Source of the DNA: the human T2T-CHM13v2.0 reference genome, Homo sapiens
Length of the DNA: 64,000 nucleotides
Strand: one strand, 5' to 3'
NCBI RefSeq assembly: GCF_009914755.1
Contig: NC_060925.1
Both the position numbers and the translations under genes were made by a program. The notes beneath the pieces were generated by a model. It was given only the letters and a program-made list of their open reading frames with translations. It was not told where the DNA came from and searched no databases. Below are positions 14,852 through 28,578 of the stretch, piece by piece (within the stretch, counting starts at the first letter, position 1; each line of letters starts with the position of its first letter).

Positions 14852-17428
14852 CATGCATGCCTCGGAGATATTGCAGGTTCAGTACCAGAATATCACAATA
14901 AAGACTGTATCACAATAAAAAGAGTCTCACAAAATTTGTTGTTTTCCAGTGCATTGCAAAAGTTAAGTTTATACTATATTGGAGCCTATTAACCGTGTGA
15001 TGGCATTATGTCTAAAAAGCAATGTACATACTCTGATTTAAAGACTTTATTGCTAAAAAATGCTAGCAATCATTTGAGCCCTCAGTGAGTCATCATCTTT
15101 TTGCTGGTGGAGGGTCCTGCCTTGACGCTGATGGCTGCTGGCTGACCAGGGTGGTGGTTACTAAAGGTTGAGGTGGCTGCAGCAATTTCTTAAAATAAGA
15201 CAAAAGTGAAGTTTGCTGCATTGATTGACTCTTCCTTTCATGAAAGATTTCCTTGTAGCACGTGATAGCATTTTATCACTGTAGAACTTCTTTTACAAGT
15301 CAGTCATCTCAAATCCTGCTCCTGCTTTATCAACTAAGCTTAAGTTATATTCTAAATCCTTTGTTGTTATTTCAGCGGCGTTCACAACATCTTCACTAGG
15401 AGTAGATTCTACCTCAAGAAGCCACTTTCTTTGCTCATCCATAAGAAGCAACTCCTTGTTCATTCAAGTTTTATCATGAGATGGAGCAATTCAGTCACAT
15501 CTTCAGGCTCCAATTCTAATTCTAGTTCTCTTGGAATTTCCACCACTTCTGCAGTGACTCAACTTCTTCCAAAATCCTGTTATTACTGATATTTTAACCT
15601 CCTCTTATGAATCACAGATGTTCTCAATGGCATCTAGAATGGTGAATCCTTCCCACAATGTTTTCAATTTACTTTGTCCAGGTCCACCAGAGGAATCAGT
15701 ATCTCTGGCAGCTATAGTCCTGTGAAATATATTTCTTAAATAATAAGACTTGAAAATTGGAATTACTACTTGGTCCATGGGGTATAGAATAAATGTTGTA
15801 TTAGCAGGCATGTAAACAGCATTAATCTCCTTGTACATCTCCAACAGAGCTCTTCGGTGACTAGGAACGTTGTGAAGGAGCAGTAATATTTTGATAAAAA
15901 TCTTTTTTCTAAGCACTAGGTCTCAATGGTTGGCTTAAATTATTCAGTAAGCCATGCTGTAAACAGATGAACTGTCATCCAGGCTTTGTTTTTCCATTTC
16001 TAGAGCACAGTCAGAGTACATTTAGTATAATTCTTAAAAGCCCTAGGGTTTTCAAAATGGTAAATGAGCATTGGCTTTAACTTAAAGTCACCATCTGCAT
16101 TAGTCCCTCACAAAAGACTCAGCCTGTCCTTTGAAGCTTTGAAGCCAGGCATTGACTTACCCTCTCTAAGTAGGAAAGTCCTAGATGGCATCTTCTTCCA
16201 ATATAAGGCTGTTCTGTCTACACTGAATATCTATTATTTAGTGTAGCCATTCTCTTAAATGATCTTCAGTAGATGCTCTGGATAACTTGCTGAAGCTTTT
16301 ACACCAGCACTTGCTGCTTCACCTTGCACTTTTATGTTATAGAGATGGCTTCTTTCCTTAAATGTCATGAACCAACCTCTGCTAGGTTCCAACTTTTCCT
16401 CTGTAGCTGCACCTCTCGGCTTCATAGATTTGAAGAGTTACGGCCTTGCTCTGGATTAGGGTTTGGTTTAAAGAAATGTTGTGGCTGCTTTGATCTTCTC
16501 TCCAGACCACTAAAACTTTCTCCACATCAGCAGTGAGGCTGGTTTGCCTTCTTATCATTTGTGTGTTAACTGGATTAGCACTTTTAATTTCCTTCAAGAA
16601 CTTTTCCTTTGCATTTACAACTTAGCTCACTGGTGCAAGAGGCCTAGCTTTCAGCTTATCTCAGCTGAAAGTGACTCCTCTGGATCTCAGCTAGACAGTG
16701 ATTCCTCTGGTGGATCCGGGCAAAGTAAATTGAAAACCTTGTGGAAAGGATTCACTATTCCAGATGCCATTGAGAACATTTGTGATTCATGAGAGGAGGT
16801 CAAAAGATCAGTAATAACAGGCGTTTGGAAGAAGTTGAGTCACTGCGGATGTGGTGCAAATAGCAGGAGAACTAGAAATAGAATTGGAGCCTGAAAATAT
16901 GACTGAATTGCTGCATCTCATGATTCCTTCCTCACTAAGCCCAGTCATTTCTAACTTTTAATTTAAGGTGAGACTCATGTGACTCTTCCTTTCAGTTGAA
17001 CATTTAGCGGCCATTTTAGGGTTATTAACTGGACTAATTTTAACATTGTTGTGTGTCAGGAAATAGGAAGGCCTGAAGAGAGAGAGAGAGATGGGAAATG
17101 GCCAGCAGTACAGCAGCCAGAACACAAACAACATTTATCAATTAAGTTCACTGATATGGGTGAGGTTAGTAGCATTCCAAAACAATGATGATGGTAAAAT
17201 CAAACATCACTGGTCACAGATCACCATAACAGATATAATAATAATGAAATGTTAAAATATTTTGAGCATCACCAAAACGGAACACAGAGACATGAAGTAA
17301 ACACATGCAGTTCGAAAAAGGTGCAGATAGACTTGTTTAACGCGGGGTTGCCACAAACCTTCAGTTTGTAAATCTACACTATCTATGAAGTGGAATAAAG
17401 TGAAGTGCAATTAGAGAAGATAGGCCTG
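14852..17428 (-). mobile_element. Tigger1 (TcMar/pogo DNA transposon), near full length, decayed transposase
   Basis: TIR-like ends catgcatgcctcggagatattg (after TA 14850-14851) and ...gaagtgcaattagagaagataggcctg; ORF 15605-15916(-) [12 protein letters not shown]...[16 protein letters not shown] is a pogo DDE remnant. Confidence 0.92.
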
Positions 17429-17960
17429 CACACCCCTTCCAAGTGCACATAGATCATTTATGAAAATAGAACATATTTTGGGCCATAAAGTGTATCAATA
17501 CGTTTTAAACGTATTGAGATCCAAGCCATACAGAGTATGTTCTCTGTATCTTAATAGGATTAAATTGAAACTCAGAAACAAAAAGATCTTTGAAAAAATC
17601 TCCAAGTATATGGAAACTAACTAACACATTACTAAGTAATCTATGGGTCAAAGAAATCAAAAAGGAAGTTAAGGTGTATTTTGAACTAAGTAAAAATGAA
17701 AACACAACATATCAAAATTTATGGGATGCTGCTTAAGTAGTACTTAAAGGGAATTCATAGCACTAAACATCTATGTTAGAAAACAAGAAATGTCTTAATT
17801 CAATTATCTCAGCTTTCACCTCAAGAAAGCAGAAAAAGAAAAGCACATAAAACCTAAACTTAGCAGAAAAAATGGAATAAAAATCAGACCAGAACTCAAT
17901 AAAATAGGAAATAGAAAATCAAGAAAACTGAAAGCTTCTTTAAAAAGATAAAATTTGTTT
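17429..17960 (+). mobile_element. Continuation of the L1 ORF2 after the Tigger1 insertion
   Basis: caagtgcacatagatcatt...catatcaaaatttatgggatgc...aaagggaattcatagcactaaa, L1 ORF2-like. Confidence 0.85.
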
Positions 17961-18166
17961 TTGGAAATATGGACTGCTCTGTAATAGCATCAGTATAAAC
18001 TAGTAAAACCAACCATTCTATCTGCTCCTACACTCTCTACTCACTAATTATTTTTCTATTGTTGTATGCTTTCACACAAACTCCTGAAAATAAATTACAT
18101 AATTAGATTGTGTACCACATAAATTGTCAATATTCAACAAATTTTTAGTATAAAACTGGCAATTCC

Positions 18167-18505
<339 letters not shown>

Positions 18506-18564
18506 CTAATAGATATAAATATAAACATAGAATGCAATCTGCACTGTTGATTGTCTTAATCATA

Positions 18565-18990
18565 GTGATTGCTCTGCTGTGCCACCCAGATTCCCCCACT
18601 TCAGGACTGTAGCATTCATTCCCCAGTTGCTGAAAGTGTTGCCAACCAACACCTCTTAGCTAAGCACAGCTGAAGAGACCTACTTCCCCTAAGGTCCCAG
18701 CAACTTTGTTGGGGCAGCTTGCATCCCATAACTAGTCAGCGAATGATTTAAAGGCACAGTCGCCTTGATTCAAGCTGGATAAAGTCTGAGGGCAGGCCTA
18801 GGTTCGATGATGACTGCAGGATTGACTGAGGCCCTCGTTGTGACTGCAGCTCAGCCCAATCTCTCTCTCTGCCCTATTTCACTGACCTTCATCCTCCACA
18901 GGTATTGAACCCAAAATGCATGCCCAGTAAACTTCCTGCACACAAATCTCTTTCCCTGAATTGGCTTCTGGTCAACCCACACTGCAGCAT
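18565..18990 (+). mobile_element. LTR16-like ERVL LTR
   Basis: tgtgccacccagattccccc...ttcaggactg...attccccagttgctg; 3' taaacttcctgcacacaaatctc. Confidence 0.65.
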
Positions 18991-20639
18991 TTCTCTTTAT
19001 CTTCTTCAATATGAAGCAATATGAAAAGTTTTGCACAGTTGGAGGAAAAATGGAACTAATGTACAAGGACTAGTGTATCTAATTCTGGAAAGTTTTGGTT
19101 TTATTTTTTAAAAGAAGCTGAAACATAAATAATATATATAATCATTTTATAAATATATATTTAATAAGCATATGCATAAATAGCACATTCTAGCAACTTA
19201 GGCTATTTTCATAAAATGTTCCTCTTAAAAGTTGAATTCCACATAGATACCATTTCTCCTAATTTTATCACTGAGGGAAAAAAAAGTCAGGTAATATTTT
19301 CCCAATTTTATAGAGTGAATCAAGGCTCATTTTTGATTACGTTACAAGCCCAGGATATCATAGCACTCTAATCAATATAGTTCCTATTAGAGATATCCAT
19401 CTTTCTGTTTTGAATGACTTGAGGTGCTTTAGATAGGAGATTTGGGTTTATTTTATTCTTGAAATGTTAATGGTGATTTTTTTCTACTTGCTTGTTTTGT
19501 TTTCCTTTAAAGGGGAAAAGGGTACAAATGAAAGTGGAACTAAGGGAAATGGTGACTTTTTCCTCCAATAAGGCCTTGCAGGAGGGAAGGCACACAACCA
19601 GGCCTCCAGAGAGTTGGGGGGATGAAGTCAGAGCTAGGAGCAGACACAATGGATTAGACCACTAGCAAAGGGAAGAAAGACAGTTTCTCAAGACAGGGTT
19701 ATACTGCGGTTCAGAGAAACAAAAGCAGGCAGAGCCTGATCATGGGTGAGGAAAATTCTCTGTTCTCTATTAACCACCATATATTTGCTATGCGATCTTA
19801 AGTAAGTTTCTTTATCCCTTTGAGCCTCCATTTCCTTATCTAAGATATGAGTAATTGTGCATACCTCATAAGATTGCTCTAAAAATGAAGTTTTATCGTC
19901 TTCCTAGTCAGACTGCTCAATATGATCCATTTTCTCTGGATCTGGTAGGGGTGTATAAGAAAAAAGTGAATTGTAATAGCCAGACACATGTGACTTGGGT
20001 CCTTAGCATGTGGATGGAAAGGTAAGCTCAACATGACACTCAGGCTGACTTTGCTTGCCTTCTTTTTTACATTTGTTCTATTTCAGCATGACTGTATTGT
20101 TTCCACATTTTTTAAAAAACACTGCAAGTAATATGAAAACAGTAAGCAGTGCTTTTTCAAAATAACAGTACAATAGTAAAGGCACTATTGCCTGTCAGAG
20201 CTACAACAGAGCGCTGCCTGCATATCCTTCTTCCAGGGGCTCAAGAGAAAATCACTTCAGTTTAGAATCCCAGAATATATCCAAACTTTCACTAAATCTA
20301 TGAGTTCAGAATACTATTTCTGAGAAGGATGTAAGAGGAAGTGGTAGGACTTGGAAAATTAAAACAAACTAATTACGAAAATGTCATATTGTTGAGGACA
20401 TCAGACAGCTAGAGAAGCAAAGAAAATTAGATGAATTAAAATTCAAAAAGGGAAGATCCCTTCATTGGTGGGCTTAGATCACTGACATTTTCTTTTCTGG
20501 AAACATTAGCCACATGCAGGCACAGGCAGAAAGTGGGGTTTCAGACTCTGCCGATAAAACTCTACAAGGGAAAATAGATATCAGCAGAGCCTTCGTGGGG
20601 CACATGGGTTGATGTTGTATTAGAATCTAGACTAGTCCT

Positions 20640-20944
20640 ACCTTGGTGTGGTTGCTCATGCCTGTATTCCCAGAACTTTGGGAGATGAAGGAAGCAGGAG
20701 GATCACTTGTGGCCAGGAGTTCAAGACCAGCCTGGGCAACAATCAAAACCATATCAATATAAGTCTAAAAAAAAAAATAACAAGGAATGGTGGCATGTGC
20801 CTGTAATCCTAGCTACTCAGAAGGCTGAGGCAGGAGGATCACTTGAACCCAGTCGAAGGCTATAGTCAGCTGTGTTCATGCCAGTGCACTCCAGCCTGAG
20901 TGACAGGGCCAGATCCTGTCTCTAAAAATAAAATAAAACAAAAT
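20640..20944 (+). mobile_element. AluJ, diverged
   Basis: ggaggatcacttg in both arms (AluJ diagnostic), A tail. Confidence 0.9.
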
Positions 20945-21864
20945 AGTTCCGAACACACAGAGAGCTTTCTATGTAGGATAACTGCTTTGTGCTTTTGCTG
21001 CACAGGAGGGTAGAGGCCTTGCCTTAAAAAGCTGAATGAAATCTCCGTCACTCCACTCGGCTGCCCCTTGCTGACTTTGTGGAAAGAAGCCTACATGCAC
21101 AGTTGCTGGAGGAAGCAATTAGAAAAAAACCTGGGCAGGCTTTTCATTGCCTCAACCCTTCATATTCTAATCATATAGAAATGATGCTCCAACTAACTAA
21201 AACTGGACAGAGAAGAGTGGAGATAATTTAAGGTATGCTGATTTCCTTCCCTTTTATTGCTGGGTGCCAAACAATACATCTCAAAGATGGTAAGTCAAGT
21301 CATAGTGGTAAAAGTTTGATCCTTTCTTTTCTCACGTACAAGAAATCTGGAGATCGGCCAATCAAGCTGGAACTATGGCTTCATGATTTCATCAGGAACT
21401 CAAATCTTTCTATATTTCTGTTCGGCTACCCTTGGCCTCTGGCATTTGCCCTTTTGAAACCACATGGTAGGTGAGATGGCTGCTCAGACAGAGGGATGTA
21501 GGGGAAAGGGCAAAGGGCAAAGAACACAAGCTGGTTGGACCTGCCCTCTTTTAAAGTGCCTGGAAGCATAATTAGCACACAGGAAGTATTATTTGTTGAG
21601 TAAATAAAATTAATGAATCCTTTATGACCCTGCCTATACTGGGTTACGCACCACCTTATGTCCTCCCAGAATGCCCAGAATTGTACATAATACATGTCTT
21701 TTGTTGTTGTTGTTTTGGTTTTTTTCCATTCATTTTTCTCTCTCCAAAATAAGACTCACCTCTGGATTCTTTTATCTAGCAGAGTGACTAGCAGAAAATA
21801 AGCATTTACTAAATGTTTGTTAAACCATTGAACAAATTAATGTAAGCCCCAGCCCTTAACCCCT

Positions 21865-22415
21865 TTATTCAACAAGATTTTTTAGTACCTTCTATGGGCC
21901 AGGTACTATTTCAGACATTTGAGCAAAACAGAGAAAGATCCTTGTCCTCATAGATTCTTCATTGTAATGGGGAAGAGGCAGAAAACTAACATAAACATAA
22001 TATATTGAATTAAATAGTGGGTTAGAAGTTATTAAGTAGAATGAGGGGGAAAGCAGATGAAGATAGATGGTAACAGGATAAGGAGAGGGCCAATTGCAAT
22101 TCTAATTACAGTGGTTGCAGAAGGCCTCATTGACAAGACAGCATCTGACCAAAAACGTGAAGGAAGTGAAGGAACTGGCCAAGTAGATATCTGGGGATAT
22201 TCCAGGCAAAAGGAATAGCCAGTGCAAGAGCCCAAAGGCAAGAATGAGCCTGACAGGTTGAGAAGCAGCCAGGGGGCCAGTGAGGCTGGAGGTGAATGAG
22301 GGGAGAGAAGAGTAAATGATGTTTAGGCCAGAGGAGTCAGGAATTAAATAATGTCAGGCCCCACAGACCATTATAGGAATTTTGATTTTTTACTTTGGGT
22401 AAAATTGAGAGGTCT
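21865..22415 (-). mobile_element. L2 fragment
   Basis: attcaacaagattttttagtaccttctatgggccaggtact...ccagtgcaagagcccaaaggc... typical of the L2 3' end, antisense. Confidence 0.7.
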
Positions 22416-22904
22416 TCCAAAAACACATGTTTAAAAATAGGTATTTTTTTTCATAGTCTATTAACTTAATAAAGAGACAATGATATTAGCATCTGGAACC
22501 GGTTTGGAGAGGCCTCTCCTGTTGGGGTATTGAATTTATATCCAAAAATGACCCCTGCTCAAAAATATACTTTAAAAATGTTTTGAAAACACCTTAGTTT
22601 TTTTCCTACTGAACTCTAACTCCTAGCATATAAAAACTAACCTTAGTTTCAATTTCCCTTAAATACGTCTCAACAAAGTCATTCCTCATTCTGATCTGTT
22701 AAAATAATGTGAAACATTTGTTCAGAAAAATTTTGCTTTGTTTGTAGATCATGACTGAAAGACTATAGATTGTACTTGACCATGGGAGACAGTCCTCAAA
22801 AGCCCCAAGAGTTTAACTACTCATTGAGGTGATCTATTTTTTTCTTCTAATTTCACAAAGGTAAACTGTTAACAAAGGTAAAGGTTTCACAGTGAAATTG
22901 TCTA

Positions 22905-23026
22905 GGAAAGGAAAGAAAGAGAGGGAGGGAGAGCGGCAGAAGGAAGGAAGAAAGAGGAGGTGGAGAGGGAGGAAGGAAGGAAGGAAGGGTGGGGGGAGGG
23001 AAGGAAGGAAGGGGAAAGAAGAAAAA
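22905..23026. repeat. Purine-rich (GGAA/GGAG) low-complexity tract
   Basis: Seen directly. Confidence 0.9.
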
Positions 23027-26000
23027 TAGTTCAGGTACAAAAATACAAGGGTTTTGGCAGAAAAGGCATATTAAAGAAGTAGAAAGAGGAGACTGAACAG
23101 TGTTTCTGAGAAAGAAAAAAGCCTGGATAATGTCCTTCTTACTACATAGTGCTGGGCATAGTTTTAATAATTGGTTAATTATTGGTTAACCATTGGTTAA
23201 TATCAAGTGTTATATTGGATTAGGCATGGCTAAAATAGACTTTAATTTGATGTAATCATAGGTACTTTTATTCAACTTTCTATGAGATTACAAACACCTT
23301 TGTCATACCCTCATCTCATAGCAGTTGTGCAATCAAATGGTTTTAGAGCTATCCACAGCTTCCCAGGCCTTCCTTCTCTAGACCAACTGATATTTGATTT
23401 GAAAGTTGGGTATGGTTTCTGCCAGAAAGAAGAGAGAGAGAAAGAGGCAGAGAGAGAGACAAAGAGAGAGAAAGCCTCAATGTTTCAAATCTATTTCATG
23501 ATTACTTCCGAAGTGATCTTTTGTGTAAAACACACAAATTTTCTCATAAAAGAGAAGTGAAATTGTGACATTTTCTATGGTATTATTCTACTGTCTTGGA
23601 AACTGCCCCAAATCAGGGAAATTCTGTATAAAGGGGGAAAATCCTAATGGACTGATAATTTTTAGGTCTTCTCAGCAGCTTTTAATTTTCCATGAATGGT
23701 GTATAATGATTCATCTAAAAATAGGAAAGATAAATTATGAAATGTGACCATCTACAAGGTTAAAGAATGTGATTTCCAGGATTGAAGAGGGTCACATAAT
23801 TCCTGATACAAGTGCTGTATTCTGCAGTGGTTTCAGTCTTGTTGAGAATCAATCAACAGTTGTTCTACAGTGAACAATGAAGTCAGGAGAGGGACAGATC
23901 AGTTTCAGAGATTGTCCGGACGTTCTCAGCCCCACCATGACATTTCCAATCCTTATCCCATTCTGGCCTCACTTCCCCACTTTCGTGCACATATCAACCT
24001 CCTGCCCTCATTTAGTGCAAGCATTACTAATTGCCACACTTTGTCTGTATTGCTCACTCTTTCACATGGGGCAACAGAGATGCCTCAACCTTGCCTAAGC
24101 AAAATGTGAGAAAAGAAACCCCAGGCTAGAAAAATGGAACAAACTCCCACACAAAATAGGCCTCTTAATATTTCTATACACTGTTTTTGGTATGTTAAGA
24201 TCTTCCTGTTGCAACTAAGAGCCTGGTCTTAAGAGAACCAATATGGGGATAAGCCACAAAGTCACAAATAAAACATCAACTTCAGATGAAATAGAACTTA
24301 AAACGTTGCAGTGACTACAAAGAGAAGACAAAAGTTACCTGATCTTCACGAAGAAAATAACAGTTTATAGCAGTTCATAAATTTATATTTTCTGATCTTC
24401 CATAGCATCTGAAACAAAACATAAAACAAGATTATGAGTTTGTTCTATCTTTGAGTTCCTACCAAATATATTGCCCTGGTTTTCTGTTTTCATAACACAA
24501 TAAAAAAAATAGTCAAGACAAAACACACAGGAGGAAAAAACATTGGGTAAGAAGAGATTGTTTACACTTCAGGATTCTGCTGCCTTTAGAAGTGCAAAAT
24601 ATAAGCTTCACAAGTTGCTGACAGTCATGTTTCCCCAATTTGTAGCTGACTCTGGTCTATAGCAAATTCACAATTTACAAGCATTCTAAGTCCCCTACCC
24701 CCTAGTTCAGTCTTAGCTGATCTTTGAGGGGTTAGTTGTTCAACATTTCCTTTTATTACTTAAGGTACCCAAGGGTATTCCAGTTATCTTCCTATTTACC
24801 TAAGCTAATTAACAGTCAATATGGGGCTGCTGACACTTGCAGCTATGAAAATCCTATCTAAAACAACAGACAACTAAATATTCCTCCACAACAGGAGGGA
24901 GCTGGATAAGATCTGCAGTTGGGAGGGATCAATATCCAGCTATAAGTATCTAAGAAAAAGCAGGAAAATTAAATTGAAGTTGGAAGGAATAGTCTGTGAC
25001 ATTAACATCTGAACATACATTTATACATTTGATTAACATATTAATTTACAGAAATCAACTAACTAAATAAAAAAGGAAATCCAAGACAAGTAAATATTGA
25101 TAGGGAAAGAAGCAATCTGGAAGATTGGCCCAGTGAATGCAGAGTTGCAGTGGTAAGAGTAGCCCTGCATTTGGAACAGGTGGATTGCCAAATTTACTAA
25201 ATTTTAGGAAGAAGTCTAGGCAAAGAACTCTAACATCATAAGAAAAATGGAAAACATCCTAGCTATGGCAAATTCTGTCTAAATCTTAATTTCTCTGGGG
25301 CTAGTTTTGATTGGTATAGAATTTCAAAAGGAGATCTTCCCATGCCACTACCATAGCTGCAAGTTGCTGATGATCGCCTTTGACTTCTACACAAAGAAAA
25401 CTGAAAAGAAGTTAGCTGATTTGATCAAACTCACACAGCAGGAAAAGGTATAGCTGTGAGAACTGGCTCACAGTCTTTTGAAATGTGAGATTTCAAAGCA
25501 GCAAGATGAACATGTCACTGGGATTCAACAGAATCAAAGCCTTTCATTTATTTTTTAAAATAGAATACAAGTAAGATGGCAGACAAGGCTTAATAAAAAA
25601 AAAAAAAAACAGAACAGACACAGAAAACAGTGGAACACCACAGACCACTTGTACTCACAATAATAGTAGTATACTGCTAAGCATGGACACTATCTGTTGA
25701 CTTAGAGCTACTTTCTCAAGTAGGAAGATTATTACTACAAACAAATGTCTGGTAAGTCTGACACCAATATTTAGTAAAATAATAATAATAAAATATATAG
25801 GTATATATATTATATACACATATTATATAAATGTATACACTTTATATATATAGATATATGTAAATAGACATAAAAGCAAAGCATTAGAAAGGACATGAAG
25901 AAAGTGGAGTTAATGTGTTTGTCAGCAATAACTGGCATGGTTTTGGAAAGAACAGAACATGTCAGGAAATCTTGAGAGATTTTTCTAAGAAAATTATATA

Positions 26001-26159
26001 ATTAATGAGGAAAAGCAAAGCAAATAAGTCTCTATTGTTAGCCACCTCGATGTTTAGTAAGAACAAAAGCAAATGAAATCACTGGAATAGTGTTATTAGA
26101 AACTTGGAAAGTTAACAGTCATTTATTGAAGTTGCTCTCTAATATTTAAAACATACCTC

Positions 26160-28578
26160 TGTATTAGGCCATTCTTGCATTGCTATAAAGAAATACCTGG
26201 TACTAAGTAATTTATTTTTTTAAAAAAGAAATTTAATTGGCTCATGGTTCTGCAGGCTATACAGGAAGCATAGCACTGGCATCTGCTTCTGGATAGGTCT
26301 CAGGAAGCTTCCAATTATGGCAGGAGGTGACAGGGGAGCAAGTGTCTCACATGGTGCCAGCAGGAGCAAGAGAGAGAGGGTTGTGGGGAGGGAGGTGCCA
26401 CACTCTTTTAAACAACCAGATCTTGAGAGAACTCACTCACCATCATGAAGATCCTCCCCCATGAGCCAATCACCTCCTACCAGGTCCCACCTCCAACACT
26501 GGAGATTACAATACAACAAGAGATTTAGAGGGGACACATATCCAAACTATATCAATTCTTCCCCTTGCCCTCAAGCCTCAGTTTCTTCTCACATTGCAAA
26601 ATACAAGTGTCCCTTCCCAACAGTCCCCCAAAGTCTTAAGACATTTCAGCATTAACTCAGAAATTCAAAGTCCAAAGTCTCATCCGAGACAAGGCAAGTC
26701 CCTTCCCCTTATGAGCCTATAAAATAAAAAACAAGTTACTTACTTCTAAGACACAATGGGGGTACAAGCATTAGGTAAACATTCTCACTCCAAAAGGGAA
26801 AAATCAGCCGAAAAAGGGGGCTACATGCTCCATGAAAGTCCAGAACCCAGCAGGGCAGTCTTTAAATCTTAAAGCTCCAAAATTATATCCTTTGACTCCA
26901 TGTCCCACATGGAAGGCACAATGGAGCAAGGGGTAGACTCCCAATGCCCTGTGGATGTTTAGGGTGCAGCCCAAGTAGCTGCTCTCACAGGTTGGAACTG
27001 AGAGCCTGTGGTTTTTCCAGGCACAGGGTTCAAGCTGCCAGTGGCTCTACCATTCTGGGATCTGGAGGATGGTGGGTCCCTCCTCACAGCTCCACCCGTC
27101 AGTGCCCCAGTGGGGACTCTGTGTGGGGGCTCCAAAGCCACATTTTCTCTCCACATTGCCCTAGTAGAGGTTCTCTGTGAGGACTCTGCCCCTGAAGCAG
27201 GCTTCTGCCTGGCTACCCAGGCTTTCTTGCACACCCTCTGAAATCTAGGTGGAGGCTGCCCAGCCTCATTCACTCTTGCACTCTCTGTGCCTACAAGGTT
27301 AACCACACATGGAAGCTGCCAAGTTTTATAGCTTGTATCTTCTGAGCCAGCAGCCCTAGCTGTATCTAAGACCCTTTGAGCTGAGTCTGGAGCCAGAGCT
27401 ACCAGGATGCAGACAGCAGTGTCCTGAGGCTGCACCTAGCAGTGGAGCCCTTGGCCAAGCCCACAAAACCATCCTCCTAGGCCTCTAGGCCTGTGATGGG
27501 AGGGATTGCCCTGAAGGCCTCGAAATGCCTTTGAGGCCTTTCCCCCATTGTCTGGGATATTAGCACTTGGCTCCCTTTTCCAAGTATCTCTAGTAAATGG
27601 TTGCTCCACAGCTTGCTTGAATTCCTCTCCCACAAAAGCTTTTTCATTCCCTATCACATGGCTAGGCTGGAAATTTTCCAAACTTTTTTTCTCTGCTTCC
27701 CTTTTAAATAGAACTTCCAACTTGAAGTCATTTCTTTGCTTTTACATATAAGTGTAGGTTGTCAGAAGCAGCCAGGCCCCATCTTGAACACTTTGCTGCT
27801 TAGAAATTTCTTCTGCCAGATACTCTAAATCATCACTCTGAAATTCAAACTACCACAGGTCCCTAGGGCAGGGGCATAGTACAGCCAGGCTCTTTGCTAA
27901 GGCATAACATGCATGACCTTTGCTCCAGTTTCCGGTAAGATCCTCATTGCCATCTGAGACCTCCTCAGCCTGGACTTCATTGTCCATATCACTATCAGCA
28001 TTTTGATCATGACCATTTAACCAGTCTCTAATAAATTCTAAATTTTCCATCATCTTCTCGTCTTCTTCTGAGCCCTCCAAACTCTTCCAACCTCTGCTTG
28101 TTACCCAGTTCCAAAGCTGCTTCCACATTTCAAGTAACTTTATAACAGTTCCCCCCTCCTCAGTACCAATTTTCTGTACTAGGCCATTCTTGTATTGCTA
28201 TAAAGAAGTACCTAAGACTAAGTAATTTATTTAAAGAAAAGTGGTTTCATTGGCTCACGGTTCTGTAGCTTGCACAAGAAGCATAGAGCTGGCATCTGCT
28301 TCTGGGGAGGTCTCAGGAAGCTTCCAATCATGGCAGAAGATGAAGGGGGAACAGGTGTCTCACATGGCAGGAGCAAGAGAAATAGTTGTAGGGGACAGGG
28401 GCCACACTCTCTTAAACAATCAGGTCTTGAGAGAACTTACTCACCATTGTGAAGACAGCACCAAGCTATGAGGGATTCTCCCCCATGATCCAATCACCTC
28501 CCACCAGGCCCCATCTCAAACATTGGGAATTACAATTCAACATGAAATTTAGAGAGAACACAAATCCAAACTATATCA
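26160..28578 (-). mobile_element. MST (MSTA-like) MaLR element, LTR-internal-LTR
   Basis: Two homologous LTRs 26160-26554 and 28175-28578 (tgta[t/c]taggccattcttg...tccaaactatatca) around a ~1.6-kb internal region with MaLR-int-like ORF fragments. Confidence 0.93.

Noticed and set aside
15605-15916. Transposase-like ORF as a domesticated TIGD-type gene
   Set aside because: Short fragment of a Tigger1 copy broken by stops and an internal deletion
26944-28128. Cluster of ORFs up to 158 aa
   Set aside because: Fragmented MST internal-region frames, not a host gene
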